A program made the position numbers and the translations under genes. DNA of 64,000 nt, from the NCBI GenBank assembly GCA_965220855.1, contig CBDCQY010000002.1, forward strand, positions 136,001-200,000, given 5' to 3'. The notes below the pieces were generated by a model that had not been told where the DNA came from, made no database searches, and saw only the letters and a list, made by a program, of their open reading frames with translations. The stretch's first letter is position 1, and each line of letters opens with the position of its first letter. Shown piece by piece: positions 41,018 to 50,255 of this stretch. The stretch comes from Alphaproteobacteria bacterium. GTDB lineage: Bacteria; Pseudomonadota; Alphaproteobacteria; Bin95.

Positions 41018-41067
41018 TTTGAAGATTCGTGCGATAGCCGACTTTTTGAAGATTCGTGCGACAGCCG
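41018..41067. repeat. Two tandem copies of a 23-25 bp direct repeat (TTTGAAGATTCGTGCGA[T/C]AGCCG), period 27 bp, in the upstream region of island gene A
   Basis: Copies at about 41018-41040 and 41043-41067, lying 65-115 nt upstream of the gene A start codon at the island/glyA boundary. Confidence 0.6.
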
Positions 41068-41176
41068 GCGCAATGGGCCTCCATAGGGACCTGCCGCCCG
41101 GCCGCCGGCCGCGCGCTGGCGGGAGCGGCGGGATTTGCTAAGGTGGGCGGGCGTTCCTTATCGGAGGTGCTTGCGA

Positions 41177-42433
41177 GTGAGCGACTTCTTTGGCGCCCCG
41201 CTGGCGGCGAGCGATCCCGACCTCGCCGCCGCCATCGATGCGGAACTGGCGCGCCAGCAGGACCAGATCGAGCTGATCGCGTCCGAGAACATCGTCTCGC
41301 GCGCCGTGCTCGAAGCCCAGGGGTCGGTGCTGACCAACAAATATGCCGAGGGCTATCCCGGCCGGCGCTACTACGGAGGCTGCGAGTGGGTCGATCGCGC
41401 CGAGCGGCTGGCCATCGACCGCGCGAAGCAGCTCTTCGGCGCGGCGCATGTCAATGTCCAGCCCCATTCCGGCGCGCAGGCCAACCAGGCCGCCTTCCTG
41501 GCGCTCTGCCAGCCCGGCGACACGGTGCTCGGCATGGCGCTCGCCGCCGGCGGCCATCTCACCCACGGCGCCGCGCCCAACCTCTCCGGCAAGTGGTTCG
41601 ACGCCGCGCAATACGGCGTGCGCCGCCAGGACGGGCGCATCGATCATGACGAGGTGCGGCGCGTGGCCGAGGAGCGCCGCCCGAAGCTGATCATCGCCGG
41701 CGGCTCGGCCTATCCGCGCGAGATCGACTTCGCCCGCTTCCGCGAGACTGCCGACGCGGTGGACGCGCTGTTCATGGTCGATATGGCGCATTTCGCCGGG
41801 CTGGTGGCGGCCGGCGTCCATCCGAGCCCGCTGCCCTGGGCCGATATCGTCACCACCACGACGCACAAGACGCTGCGCGGCCCGCGCGGCGGCATGATCC
41901 TGACCAACGACGCCGCGCTCGGCCGGCGCATCGACTCGGCCGTCTTTCCGGGCCTCCAGGGCGGCCCGCTGATGCATGTCATCGCGGCCAAGGCGGTGGC
42001 CTTCGGCGAGGCGCTGCGGCCCGACTTCCGCGACTATGCCGAGGCGGTGGTGGCCAACGCCCGCGCGCTCGCCCGGACCCTGGCCGAGGGCGGGCTCGAA
42101 ATCGTCTCGGGCGGCACCGACACCCATCTGCTGCTGGTCGATCTGCGCCCGCTCGGGCTCACCGGCGATGTGGCCGAAAAGGCGCTGGAGCGCGCGGGCG
42201 TCACCTGCAACAAGAACGCCATCCCCTTCGATCCCGAACGCCCGGCGGTGACCTCCGGGCTGCGCCTCGGCTCGCCGGCCGCCACCACGCGCGGCTTCGA
42301 CGAGGCGGCCTTCGAGGAGGTCGGGCGGCTGATCGTCGATGTGCTGAAGGGCGGCGAGGCGGCCGAGGCGCCGGCGCGCGAGCGGGTGGCGGCGCTGCTC
42401 GCCCGCTTCCCGATCTACGAGGCGGAAGCCTGA
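41177..42433 (+). CDS. glyA: Serine hydroxymethyltransferase
   Basis: GTG start ([20 protein letters not shown]...) with a GGAGGTG RBS. The [14 protein letters not shown] lysine motif is present. Confidence 0.95.
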   Translation: MSDFFGAPLAASDPDLAAAIDAELARQQDQIELIASENIVSRAVLEAQGSVLTNKYAEGYPGRRYYGGCEWVDRAERLAIDRAKQLFGAAHVNVQPHSGAQANQAAFLALCQPGDTVLGMALAAGGHLTHGAAPNLSGKWFDAAQYGVRRQDGRIDHDEVRRVAEERRPKLIIAGGSAYPREIDFARFRETADAVDALFMVDMAHFAGLVAAGVHPSPLPWADIVTTTTHKTLRGPRGGMILTNDAALGRRIDSAVFPGLQGGPLMHVIAAKAVAFGEALRPDFRDYAEAVVANARALARTLAEGGLEIVSGGTDTHLLLVDLRPLGLTGDVAEKALERAGVTCNKNAIPFDPERPAVTSGLRLGSPAATTRGFDEAAFEEVGRLIVDVLKGGEAAEAPARERVAALLARFPIYEAEA

Positions 42434-42437
42434 GCCG

Positions 42438-42896
42438 ATGCGCTGCCCCTTTTGCGCGCATGAGGACACGCAGGTGAAGGACAGCCGGCCGACCGAGGAC
42501 AACGCCGCCATCCGCCGCCGCCGCGCCTGCCCGGCCTGCAATGCGCGCTTCACCACCTTCGAGCGCGTGCAGCTGCGCGAACTCTCCGTCGTCAAGTCCA
42601 ACGGCCGGCGCGAGGCCTTCGACCGCGAGAAGCTCAAGCGCTCGCTGGTGATCGCGCTGCGCAAGCGTCCGGTGGAGGACGAGCGCATCGAGCGGCTGAT
42701 CTCCAGCCTGGTGCGCCAGCTGGAGACCTCCGGCCAGAGCGAGTTTCCCTCCGACAAGCTGGGCGCGCTCGTGATGGAGATGCTGGCGGACCTCGACCAG
42801 GTGGCCTATGTGCGCTTCGCCTCGGTGTACAAGGACTTCCACGAAGCCAGGGACTTCGAGGAATTTGTCGGACAGCTCACCGACCAGGACGACTGA
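42438..42896 (+). CDS. nrdR: Transcriptional repressor NrdR
   Basis: [22 protein letters not shown]...[12 protein letters not shown] zinc ribbon followed by an ATP-cone. Confidence 0.9.
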   Translation: MRCPFCAHEDTQVKDSRPTEDNAAIRRRRACPACNARFTTFERVQLRELSVVKSNGRREAFDREKLKRSLVIALRKRPVEDERIERLISSLVRQLETSGQSEFPSDKLGALVMEMLADLDQVAYVRFASVYKDFHEARDFEEFVGQLTDQDD

Positions 42897-42927
42897 CCGG
42901 CCCGGCCGGGAAGCCGACGCGGCCCAT

Positions 42928-44007
42928 ATGGCGGCCGCGCTCGCGCTCGGCCGGCGCGGCCTCGGCCGGGTCTGGCCCAATCCGGCGGTCGGCTGCGTGC
43001 TGGCGCGGGGCGCGCGGGTCGTCGCGCGGGGCTGGACGCAGCCGGGCGGCCGGCCCCATGCGGAGGCGGAAGCGCTTGCGCGCGCCGGCGCCGCCGCCAG
43101 GGGGGCGGACTGTTTCGTCACGCTGGAGCCCTGCAGCCATGAGGGCCGCACGCCGCCTTGCGCCGACGCGCTCATCCGGGCCGGAATCGCCCGCCTGGTG
43201 GCGGCGACCGGCGATCCCGACCCGCGCGTCGCCGGGGCGGGCTTCGCGCGCCTGGAGGCCGCCGGCGTCACCGTGGAGCGCGGCCTCGGCGAGGACCGGG
43301 CGCGCTTCGACAATGCCGGCTTCTTCATGCGGCTCGCCGCCGGACGGCCGCTGGTCGCGCTCAAGACGGCGACGACGCTCGACGGGCGCATCGCGGCCCG
43401 GACCGGCCGGAGCCGCTGGATCACCGGCGCGGCGGCGCGCGCCGCCGGGCACCGGCTCCGCGCCGCTTACGACGCGGTGATGGTCGGCGCCCGCACCGCG
43501 CTCCTGGACGATCCGGGGCTGGACTGCCGGCTGGACGGCCTCGAAGACCGCTCGCCGCTCCGCATCCTTGTCGACGCCAGGCTCGACCTGCCGGCGACCC
43601 ACCGCCTGGCGGCGGACGGACGGGAGACCTGGGTGCTCTCCGGCGAGGACGCCTGCCCGGACCGCGCCCGCCGGCTGGAGGACGCCGGCTTGCGCATCCT
43701 CCGCCTGCCGGAGGACGGCGACGGCCGGCCGGACCTGGCGGCGGGCCTCGCCCGGCTCGGCGAGGCGGGCCTCACCCGCCTGTTGGTCGAGGGCGGCGGC
43801 GTGCTGGCGGCCGCCCTGCTGAAGGCCGACCTGGTGGACCGCATTCACTGGTTCCGCGCCCCCGCCCTGCTCGGTGGCGACGGGACGCCCGCCATCGCCG
43901 CGCTCGGCCTCGACGAGCCGGGCGCCGCGCCGCGCTTCCATCTGCACGCGCGCCGTCCGCTGGGCGGCGACCTCTGGGAGGTCTATCGGCGATGTTCACC
44001 GGCATAG
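42928..44007 (+). CDS. ribD: Bifunctional diaminohydroxyphosphoribosylaminopyrimidine deaminase / 5-amino-6-(5-phosphoribosylamino)uracil reductase
   Basis: HAEAEAL...LEPCSHEGRTPPC deaminase zinc motif, then a reductase domain. Start at M41 of ORF 42808..44007. Confidence 0.9.
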   Translation: MAAALALGRRGLGRVWPNPAVGCVLARGARVVARGWTQPGGRPHAEAEALARAGAAARGADCFVTLEPCSHEGRTPPCADALIRAGIARLVAATGDPDPRVAGAGFARLEAAGVTVERGLGEDRARFDNAGFFMRLAAGRPLVALKTATTLDGRIAARTGRSRWITGAAARAAGHRLRAAYDAVMVGARTALLDDPGLDCRLDGLEDRSPLRILVDARLDLPATHRLAADGRETWVLSGEDACPDRARRLEDAGLRILRLPEDGDGRPDLAAGLARLGEAGLTRLLVEGGGVLAAALLKADLVDRIHWFRAPALLGGDGTPAIAALGLDEPGAAPRFHLHARRPLGGDLWEVYRRCSPA

Positions 44008-44582
44008 TCACCGACATCGGAGAGATCGCGTCGATCCGCGCGGACGGCGACACGCGCTTCGAGATCCGCACGTCCTACGACACCGCCGGTATCGCGCTCG
44101 GTGCGTCGATCGCCTGCTCCGGGGCCTGCCTCACCGTGGTGGAGACCGCCGCCGGGCGCTTTGCGGTCGAGGCCTCGGCCGAGACGCTCGCCTGCACCAC
44201 GCTCGGCGCGTGGCGCGAAGGGCGGCGGATCAATCTGGAGCGCGCGCTCCGGCTCGGCGACGAGTTCGGCGGCCATATCGTCTCCGGCCATGTCGATGGC
44301 GTGGCGCGGCTCCTCTCGCGCCGGCCGGAAGGGGCGAGCCAGCGCCTGGAGTTCGAGGCGCCCGAGGCGCTGGCGCGCTATGTGGCGCCCAAGGGCTCGG
44401 TCGCCCTCGACGGCGTCTCGCTCACCGTCAACGAGGTCGAGGGCGCGCGCTTCGGCGTCAACATCATCCCCCACACGCTGGCGCACACCACGCTCGGCGC
44501 CTGCCGGCCGGGGGACGGGCTGAACATGGAAATCGACATGCTGGCGCGCTACGTTGCCCGCCAGCTGGAAATGGGGGGCTGA
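43992..44582 (+). CDS. ribE: Riboflavin synthase (alpha subunit)
   Basis: MFTGIVTDIGEI... with duplicated lumazine-binding half-domains. 196 aa. Overlaps the ribD end. Confidence 0.9.
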   Translation: MFTGIVTDIGEIASIRADGDTRFEIRTSYDTAGIALGASIACSGACLTVVETAAGRFAVEASAETLACTTLGAWREGRRINLERALRLGDEFGGHIVSGHVDGVARLLSRRPEGASQRLEFEAPEALARYVAPKGSVALDGVSLTVNEVEGARFGVNIIPHTLAHTTLGACRPGDGLNMEIDMLARYVARQLEMGG

Positions 44583-44585
44583 GCC

Positions 44586-45758
44586 GTGGCAGGCAGGCTT
44601 GAAGGGCTGACCCGCATAGCGACGCCGGAGCGCACGGAAGACGATCTCGGTTATATCTCGCCGATCGAGGATATCATCGAGGAGGCCCGCAACGGTCGCA
44701 TGTTCATCCTGGTGGATGACGAGGGGCGCGAGAACGAGGGCGACCTGGTGATCCCGGCGCAGATGGCCACGCCCGACGCGATCAACTTCATGGCCAAATA
44801 CGGCCGCGGGCTGATCTGCCTGGCGCTGACGCCGGCGCGGGTGAAGGAATTGCGCCTGCCGCTGATGCCGCGCGAGAACGAGCAGCGCCAGTCCACCGCC
44901 TTCACCGTGTCCATCGAGGCCAGAGACGGCGTGACCACCGGCATCTCGGCCCCCGACCGGGCGCGCACCATCGCGGTCGCCATCGACCCCGCGCGCGGCG
45001 GCGACGACCTCTCGACGCCGGGCCATGTCTTTCCGCTGGAGGCGCGCGAGGGCGGCGTGCTGGTGCGCGCCGGCCACACCGAGGCGGCGGTGGATATCGC
45101 GCGCCTCGCCGGCCTCAACCCCTCCGGCGTGATCTGCGAGATCATGAACGACGACGGCACCATGGCGCGGCTGCCGGACCTGATCCCCTTCGCCCAGTTC
45201 CACAATTTCAAGATCGGCGCCATCGAGGACCTGATCGCCTGGCGCCGCCGGCGCGACATCCTGGTCGAGCGGGTGGTCGAGAGCGAGTTCGTCAGCCGCC
45301 ATGGCGGCCATTTCCGGCTGATCGTCTATCGCAACAAGATCGACGGCGTGGAGCATCAGGCGCTGGTCAAGGGCGATCCGGGCGGCGAGGAGCCGGTGCT
45401 GGTGCGCGCCCACGCCTTCAACATCCTGGAGGATTTGCTGGGCGACCAGCATCGCGGGCGCGGCGGCGAACTGCAGCGCTCCATGCAGGCCATCGGCGAG
45501 GAGGGCCGGGGCGTGGTGGTGCTGCTGCGCGAGCGCCACACCTCGATGCTGTCGGCGCGCATCCGGGCGGAGCTGGACAGCCGCGAGACGCGCGGCCGGC
45601 CGCCGCTGCGCGACTATGGCGTCGGCGCGCAGATCCTGCGCGATCTCGGCGTCGTCAACATGGTGCTGCTGTCGAACAGCGACCGGCATGTCGTCGGCCT
45701 GGACGGCTACGACCTGCATATCGTCGGCCGGCGCGCGATCCCCGAGGGAGGCGAGTGA
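44586..45758 (+). CDS. ribBA: Bifunctional 3,4-dihydroxy-2-butanone-4-phosphate synthase / GTP cyclohydrolase II-like protein
   Basis: DEGRENEGDLV DHBPS motif. GCHII-like C-terminal domain. GTG start. Confidence 0.9.
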   Translation: MAGRLEGLTRIATPERTEDDLGYISPIEDIIEEARNGRMFILVDDEGRENEGDLVIPAQMATPDAINFMAKYGRGLICLALTPARVKELRLPLMPRENEQRQSTAFTVSIEARDGVTTGISAPDRARTIAVAIDPARGGDDLSTPGHVFPLEAREGGVLVRAGHTEAAVDIARLAGLNPSGVICEIMNDDGTMARLPDLIPFAQFHNFKIGAIEDLIAWRRRRDILVERVVESEFVSRHGGHFRLIVYRNKIDGVEHQALVKGDPGGEEPVLVRAHAFNILEDLLGDQHRGRGGELQRSMQAIGEEGRGVVVLLRERHTSMLSARIRAELDSRETRGRPPLRDYGVGAQILRDLGVVNMVLLSNSDRHVVGLDGYDLHIVGRRAIPEGGE

Positions 45759-46192
45759 TGGCTCACATCATGATGGTGGTGGCGCCCTATTACGAGGATA
45801 TCTGCGCCGAGCTCACCGCCGGGGCCTCGGCCGTCATCGAGGCCGCCGGCCACAGCTGGGAGCGCCATGAGGTCGCCGGCGCCTTCGAGCTGCCGGTGGC
45901 GATCTCGATCGCGCTCGACTCGCCCAAGCGCTTCGACGGCTTCATCGTCGTCGGCTGCGTCATTCGCGGCGAGACCAGCCATTACGACCATCTCTGCCAG
46001 GAGGTGAGCCGCGCGCTGCAAGCGCTCGCCGTGGAGCGCAAGCTGGCGCTCGGCTTCGGCCTGCTGACCTGCGAGAACGGCGAGCAGGCGCGGGTGCGCG
46101 CCAGCACCGCCGGCAAGAACAAGGGCGCCGAGGCGGCCCGCGCCTGCCTCAAGACCATCGAGCTCAAGCAGGCGCTCGGGCGGGCGCATTGA
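45758..46192 (+). CDS. ribH: 6,7-dimethyl-8-ribityllumazine synthase
   Basis: MAHIMMVVAPYYEDI... The ATG shares a base with the ribBA stop (TGATG). Confidence 0.9.
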   Translation: MAHIMMVVAPYYEDICAELTAGASAVIEAAGHSWERHEVAGAFELPVAISIALDSPKRFDGFIVVGCVIRGETSHYDHLCQEVSRALQALAVERKLALGFGLLTCENGEQARVRASTAGKNKGAEAARACLKTIELKQALGRAH

Positions 46193-46662
46193 CCGGGGAA
46201 GAGGCCGCCGCGCCGCCGCCGGGACGCCGGCGCCTGGCGCGCCTCGCCGCCGTGCAGGCGCTCTACCAGGCGGAGATGAACCGCGAGAGTGCCGAAGCGG
46301 TCTCGGAGCAGTTCCGGCGCTACCGGCTCGGGCGGGAGATCGAGGGCATCCGGCTCGACGCCGACCGCGGCCTGTTCGACCGGCTGCTGCGCGCGGTGGC
46401 GGCGCATCGCCGCGAGATCGACAGGGCGCTCGCGGCCGCGATCTCGCGCGAGGGCGGGCTTGCGCAACTGGAGCCGGTGCTGCGCGCCGCCCTGCGGGTC
46501 GGCGCGGCGGAGCTGCTCCATGAGCCGGGCGTGCCGGCCCCGGTCTCGATCCGGGAATATACCGATCTCGTCGGCGACTTTTTCGGCGAGGCGCAGGCGC
46601 GCTTCGCCACCGCCGTGTTCGACCGCGTCGCGCGGGGGGCGGAGTGCGGGCCGGAGGCATGA
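46189..46662 (+). CDS. nusB: Transcription antitermination factor NusB
   Basis: RRLARLAAVQALYQAEM... TTG start overlapping the ribH stop. Confidence 0.9.
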   Translation: MTGEEAAAPPPGRRRLARLAAVQALYQAEMNRESAEAVSEQFRRYRLGREIEGIRLDADRGLFDRLLRAVAAHRREIDRALAAAISREGGLAQLEPVLRAALRVGAAELLHEPGVPAPVSIREYTDLVGDFFGEAQARFATAVFDRVARGAECGPEA

Positions 46663-47552
46663 GCCGCTCCGGGGAATTCGAGCTGATCCACCGCTTCTTC
46701 CGGCCGCTGGCGAGCGCGCCCGGCGCCGGCGGCCTGGAGGACGACGCCGCGCTGCTGGCCCCGCCGCCGGCGGGCCGCGAGCGCATCGTCACCACCGACA
46801 CCATGGTGGAGGGGGTGCATTTTCCCGAAGGCGGGCCGCCGGGGCCGATCGCGCGCCGGCTGCTGCGCGTCAATCTTTCCGACCTCGCCGCCATGGCCGC
46901 CCGGCCCGAGGGCTATCTGCTGAACCTGGCGCTGCCGGCCTTCGTCGATGACGCCTGGCTGGCGGCGTTCGCCGCCGGCTTGGCCCTCGACCAGGAGGCC
47001 TTCGGCCTTTCGCTGCTCGGCGGCGACACGGTGGCGACGCCCGGCCCGCTGACTCTCACCGTCACCGCCTTCGGCAGCGCGGCGCATCCGGTGCGCCGCT
47101 CGGGCGCGCGGCCGGGCCAGACGGTCTTCGTCACCGGGCCGGTCGGCGACGGCCTGTTCGGGCTGAAGGCGGTGCGGGGCGAGCTCGACGCGCCGCGACT
47201 GGCGGAGCGCTTCTGGCTGCCGACGCCGCGCTTCGGCCTGGCCGAGGGCGCGGCCGCGGCCGCCGACATCTCCGATGGCCTGGTCGCCGATCTCGGCCAT
47301 ATCTGCCGCGCCTCGGGCGTCGGCGCGGAGATCGATCTGGAGGCGGTGCCGCTCTCGCCCGAAGTGGCGGCGCTCGGCCCCGAAGCCCGGCTGGCGGCGC
47401 TCGCCGGCGGCGACGATTACGAACTGGTGCTGGCCGGGGGCGGCGGCCCCGGCGTCCCGGTCGGGCGCATCGTGGCCGGGTCGGGGGTGCGCGTGCTGGA
47501 CGGCGCCGGCCGGCCGGTGGCGCTCGCCCGCCAGGGCTACCGGCATGACTGA
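46659..47552 (+). CDS. thiL: Thiamine-monophosphate kinase
   Basis: MSRSGEFELIHRFF... AIRS-like domain. ATGA overlap with nusB. Confidence 0.85.
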   Translation: MSRSGEFELIHRFFRPLASAPGAGGLEDDAALLAPPPAGRERIVTTDTMVEGVHFPEGGPPGPIARRLLRVNLSDLAAMAARPEGYLLNLALPAFVDDAWLAAFAAGLALDQEAFGLSLLGGDTVATPGPLTLTVTAFGSAAHPVRRSGARPGQTVFVTGPVGDGLFGLKAVRGELDAPRLAERFWLPTPRFGLAEGAAAAADISDGLVADLGHICRASGVGAEIDLEAVPLSPEVAALGPEARLAALAGGDDYELVLAGGGGPGVPVGRIVAGSGVRVLDGAGRPVALARQGYRHD

Positions 47553-48300
47553 CCCGATGGCGCCGGAGACGCTCGCCGTCGCCGCCGCCGCCTTCTTCTT
47601 CGCCGCCTTCGTGAAGGGCGTGACCGGGCTCGGCTTCTCCACCACGGCGCTGCCGCTGCTGGCGCTGGCGCTGGGGATGCGCGAGGCGCTACCGCTGGTG
47701 CTGGCGCCCTCGATCGCCAGCAACCTCATGGTGATGCGCGGCGCGGGGCATTTCCGCGAGACGGTCCGGCGCTTCTGGCCGCTGGCGCTTTCCGCGCTGC
47801 CGGGCGTCGCGCTCGGCGTGGCGCTGCTGGTCTGGGTGGAGCCGCGCCTGGCCGCCGCCGCGCTCGGCCTCGCGCTCGCCGGCTATGCGGTCTTCGCGCT
47901 GGCGCGCCCGCCGCTGCTGCTGCCGGCGGCGCTGGAGCGCCCGCTGCAATGGCCGGCCGGCTTCCTCAACGGGGCGGTCAACGGCCTCACCGGCTCGCAG
48001 GTCATGCCGCTGCTGCCCTATCTGCTGGCGCTCCGGCTGGACTCCGAGCGCTTCGTGCAGGCGATCAACTGCGTCTTCACCCTATCCAGCCTCGCCATGG
48101 CGCTGGCGCTGGCCGAGGCCGGGCTGCTGACCGGCCCGGCGGCGGCGGTCTCCGCGCTCGGCCTCGTCCCGGTCTGGCTGGGCGTGACGCTCGGCGCGCG
48201 CATCCGGCGGCGCCTCGCGCCCGAGACCTTCCGCAAGGCGGTGCTGCTGCTGCTGCTCGCGCTCGGCGCCGTGCTGACGGTCCGCCTGCCGCTCGGCTGA
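47545..48300 (+). CDS. Sulfite exporter TauE/SafE family membrane protein (DUF81)
   Basis: 251 aa with eight or more TM helices. The ATG overlaps the thiL stop. Confidence 0.8.
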   Translation: MTDPMAPETLAVAAAAFFFAAFVKGVTGLGFSTTALPLLALALGMREALPLVLAPSIASNLMVMRGAGHFRETVRRFWPLALSALPGVALGVALLVWVEPRLAAAALGLALAGYAVFALARPPLLLPAALERPLQWPAGFLNGAVNGLTGSQVMPLLPYLLALRLDSERFVQAINCVFTLSSLAMALALAEAGLLTGPAAAVSALGLVPVWLGVTLGARIRRRLAPETFRKAVLLLLLALGAVLTVRLPLG

Positions 48301-48339
48301 ACCTCGCCTTTACAGCAGCCCCTTCGCGCGAAGGCGGTC

Positions 48340-49347
48340 TCAGCCGTCGGCCAGCTTGCGCACTCTGGCGAGCAGGGCGTCATCGACGGCGATGCCCTCG
48401 GTTTGCGTTCGGGCGCGGGCGCGGCGGCGGCGGTCGCCGGGCAGGCGGGCTTCGCCATTGGCGAGCACGCGCTGGAGCAGCGTCTCCACATGCGCCCGGA
48501 AGCCTGGGCCGGCGAGCCGCTCGGGATCGATGGCGATGAAGGATTGCGCGGTGTTGGACGGCCCGCCGTCGCCCTTGTAGTCGGCCCGGCTCTCATGGGC
48601 GAAGAGGCCGCCGGCGAGCCCGCCGGTCATCAGCTCCACCATGAGCGCGATCGCCGAGCCCTTGTAGCCGCCGAAGGGCAGCTGCACGCCGGCCAGGATC
48701 GCCGCCGGATCCTGTGTCGGCCGGCCGTCGGCGTCGAGGCCGGCGCCGGGCGGGGCCTCATGGCCGTCGCGCGCCGCCAGCATCAGCTCGCCGCGCGCCA
48801 CCGCCGCCGAGGCCTGATCGAAGACCATCGGCGGCCGGCCCTCGCCGCGCGGGCACGCAAAGGCCATCGGATTGGTGCCGAACAGCGCCTCCACGCCGCC
48901 GAAGGGCGCGACATAGCTCTGCGAGTTGACGAAGGTGAAGGCCACCAGCCCCTCTTCGGCCAGCGGCTCGATATCCGGCCAGAGCGCGGCGAAGTTGAAG
49001 GAGTTGCGGATCGCCATGCAGGCCACGCCCTGGCTGCGCGCCTTGCGGGCGAGCAAGGGCCGCCCGCGCGCGATATTGAGCGGCGCGAACCCGCAGCGCC
49101 CATCGACCGCCACCAGGCCGGGCGCGGCGTCCACGACCTCCGGCTCGGCCTCGGGGTCCGCGCCGCCGCTTCCCGCCGACGCGACATAGCCCGGCAGGCG
49201 GAACAGGCCGTGGCTCGGGCAGCCGTCGGCCTCCGCGCGCGTGACATGGTCGGCCACCGCCTCGGCGTGGGCCGCCGAGACGCCCGCCTTCAGCAGCGCC
49301 CCGGTCGCGAGCGTCCGGCATTCGTCGAGCGAGATGATGGTCGCCAT
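48340..49347 (-). CDS. Ldh family oxidoreductase (malate/L-lactate dehydrogenase-2 family)
   Basis: Start at M29 (MATIISLDECRTLATGALLKAG). Typical Ldh_2 fold motifs. Confidence 0.8.
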   Translation of the reverse strand: MATIISLDECRTLATGALLKAGVSAAHAEAVADHVTRAEADGCPSHGLFRLPGYVASAGSGGADPEAEPEVVDAAPGLVAVDGRCGFAPLNIARGRPLLARKARSQGVACMAIRNSFNFAALWPDIEPLAEEGLVAFTFVNSQSYVAPFGGVEALFGTNPMAFACPRGEGRPPMVFDQASAAVARGELMLAARDGHEAPPGAGLDADGRPTQDPAAILAGVQLPFGGYKGSAIALMVELMTGGLAGGLFAHESRADYKGDGGPSNTAQSFIAIDPERLAGPGFRAHVETLLQRVLANGEARLPGDRRRRARARTQTEGIAVDDALLARVRKLADG

Positions 49348-49423
49348 GGTCGCCAGCCTCCGGCAGTTCCCGATCCGCGCCCGGCAGCATAGACTTGGCG
49401 GCGCGGAGGAAGGAAGCGGGGCC

Positions 49424-50176
49424 ATGCGCATTCACTCGGAAGATCTGGGCGGGCATGTGGCCCTGGTGCGGATCGAGAACGAGCCGCGCCGCAACGCCAT
49501 GACGCGCGCCATGATGGCCCGCCTGGCGGCGCTCTGGGACGAGCTGGAGGCGGGGCCGGCGCGCGCCATCGTGCTGACCGGGGCCGGCGAGCGGGCCTTT
49601 TGCAGCGGCGCGGACCTCTCCGGGGACCTGTCCGCGCCGCCGGAGGCCGCGGCTGCGGTCGCGCGGGCGCTGCTCAAGACCGCGCGCTACCGCAAGCCGA
49701 TCGTCGCGGCGGTCAATGGCGATTGCGTCGCCGGCGGCCTGGAGCTGCTGATCTCGACCGACCTGCGCGCCGCCGCCGCCCATGCCCGCTTCGGCCTGCC
49801 GGAAGTGAAGTGGGGCATCTATCCCTTCGGCGGCGCCGCCACCAAGCTCGTGCGCCAGATCGGCTATGCGCATCTCATGGATCTGATCCTGACCGGCCGG
49901 CTGATCGATGCGGAGGAAGCGCGCGCCATCGGCCTGGTGAGCGCCGTGCTGCCCGCCGGCGAGCTGCTCGACTGGGCGGTCGGGCGCGCAAGGCTGATCG
50001 CCGCCAACAGTCCGGCGGCGGTGCAGGCGGTGAAGGAGCAGATCGCCGCCGGCCTCGCGGAATGGACGCTCTCGCAGGAGCCGCGCGACCAGGCCCTCGG
50101 CGACCGCGTGCGCGCCTCCCCCGACTTCCGGGAAGGCGTCGCCGCCTTCCTGGAGAAGCGCCAGCCGGACTATTGA
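49424..50176 (+). CDS. Enoyl-CoA hydratase/isomerase family protein
   Basis: Start at M62 of ORF 49241..50176 with a GGAGGAAGGAAG RBS. Crotonase-fold motifs (AVNGDCVAGGLEL). Confidence 0.85.
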   Translation: MRIHSEDLGGHVALVRIENEPRRNAMTRAMMARLAALWDELEAGPARAIVLTGAGERAFCSGADLSGDLSAPPEAAAAVARALLKTARYRKPIVAAVNGDCVAGGLELLISTDLRAAAAHARFGLPEVKWGIYPFGGAATKLVRQIGYAHLMDLILTGRLIDAEEARAIGLVSAVLPAGELLDWAVGRARLIAANSPAAVQAVKEQIAAGLAEWTLSQEPRDQALGDRVRASPDFREGVAAFLEKRQPDY

Positions 50177-50255
50177 CGCGGGTCCCCATGGACCCGAGGC
50201 CCCTTTGCGTCATATGCTTGGGGGAACGGGCAGTCCGCCGCGAGGGTCGCGCGCC

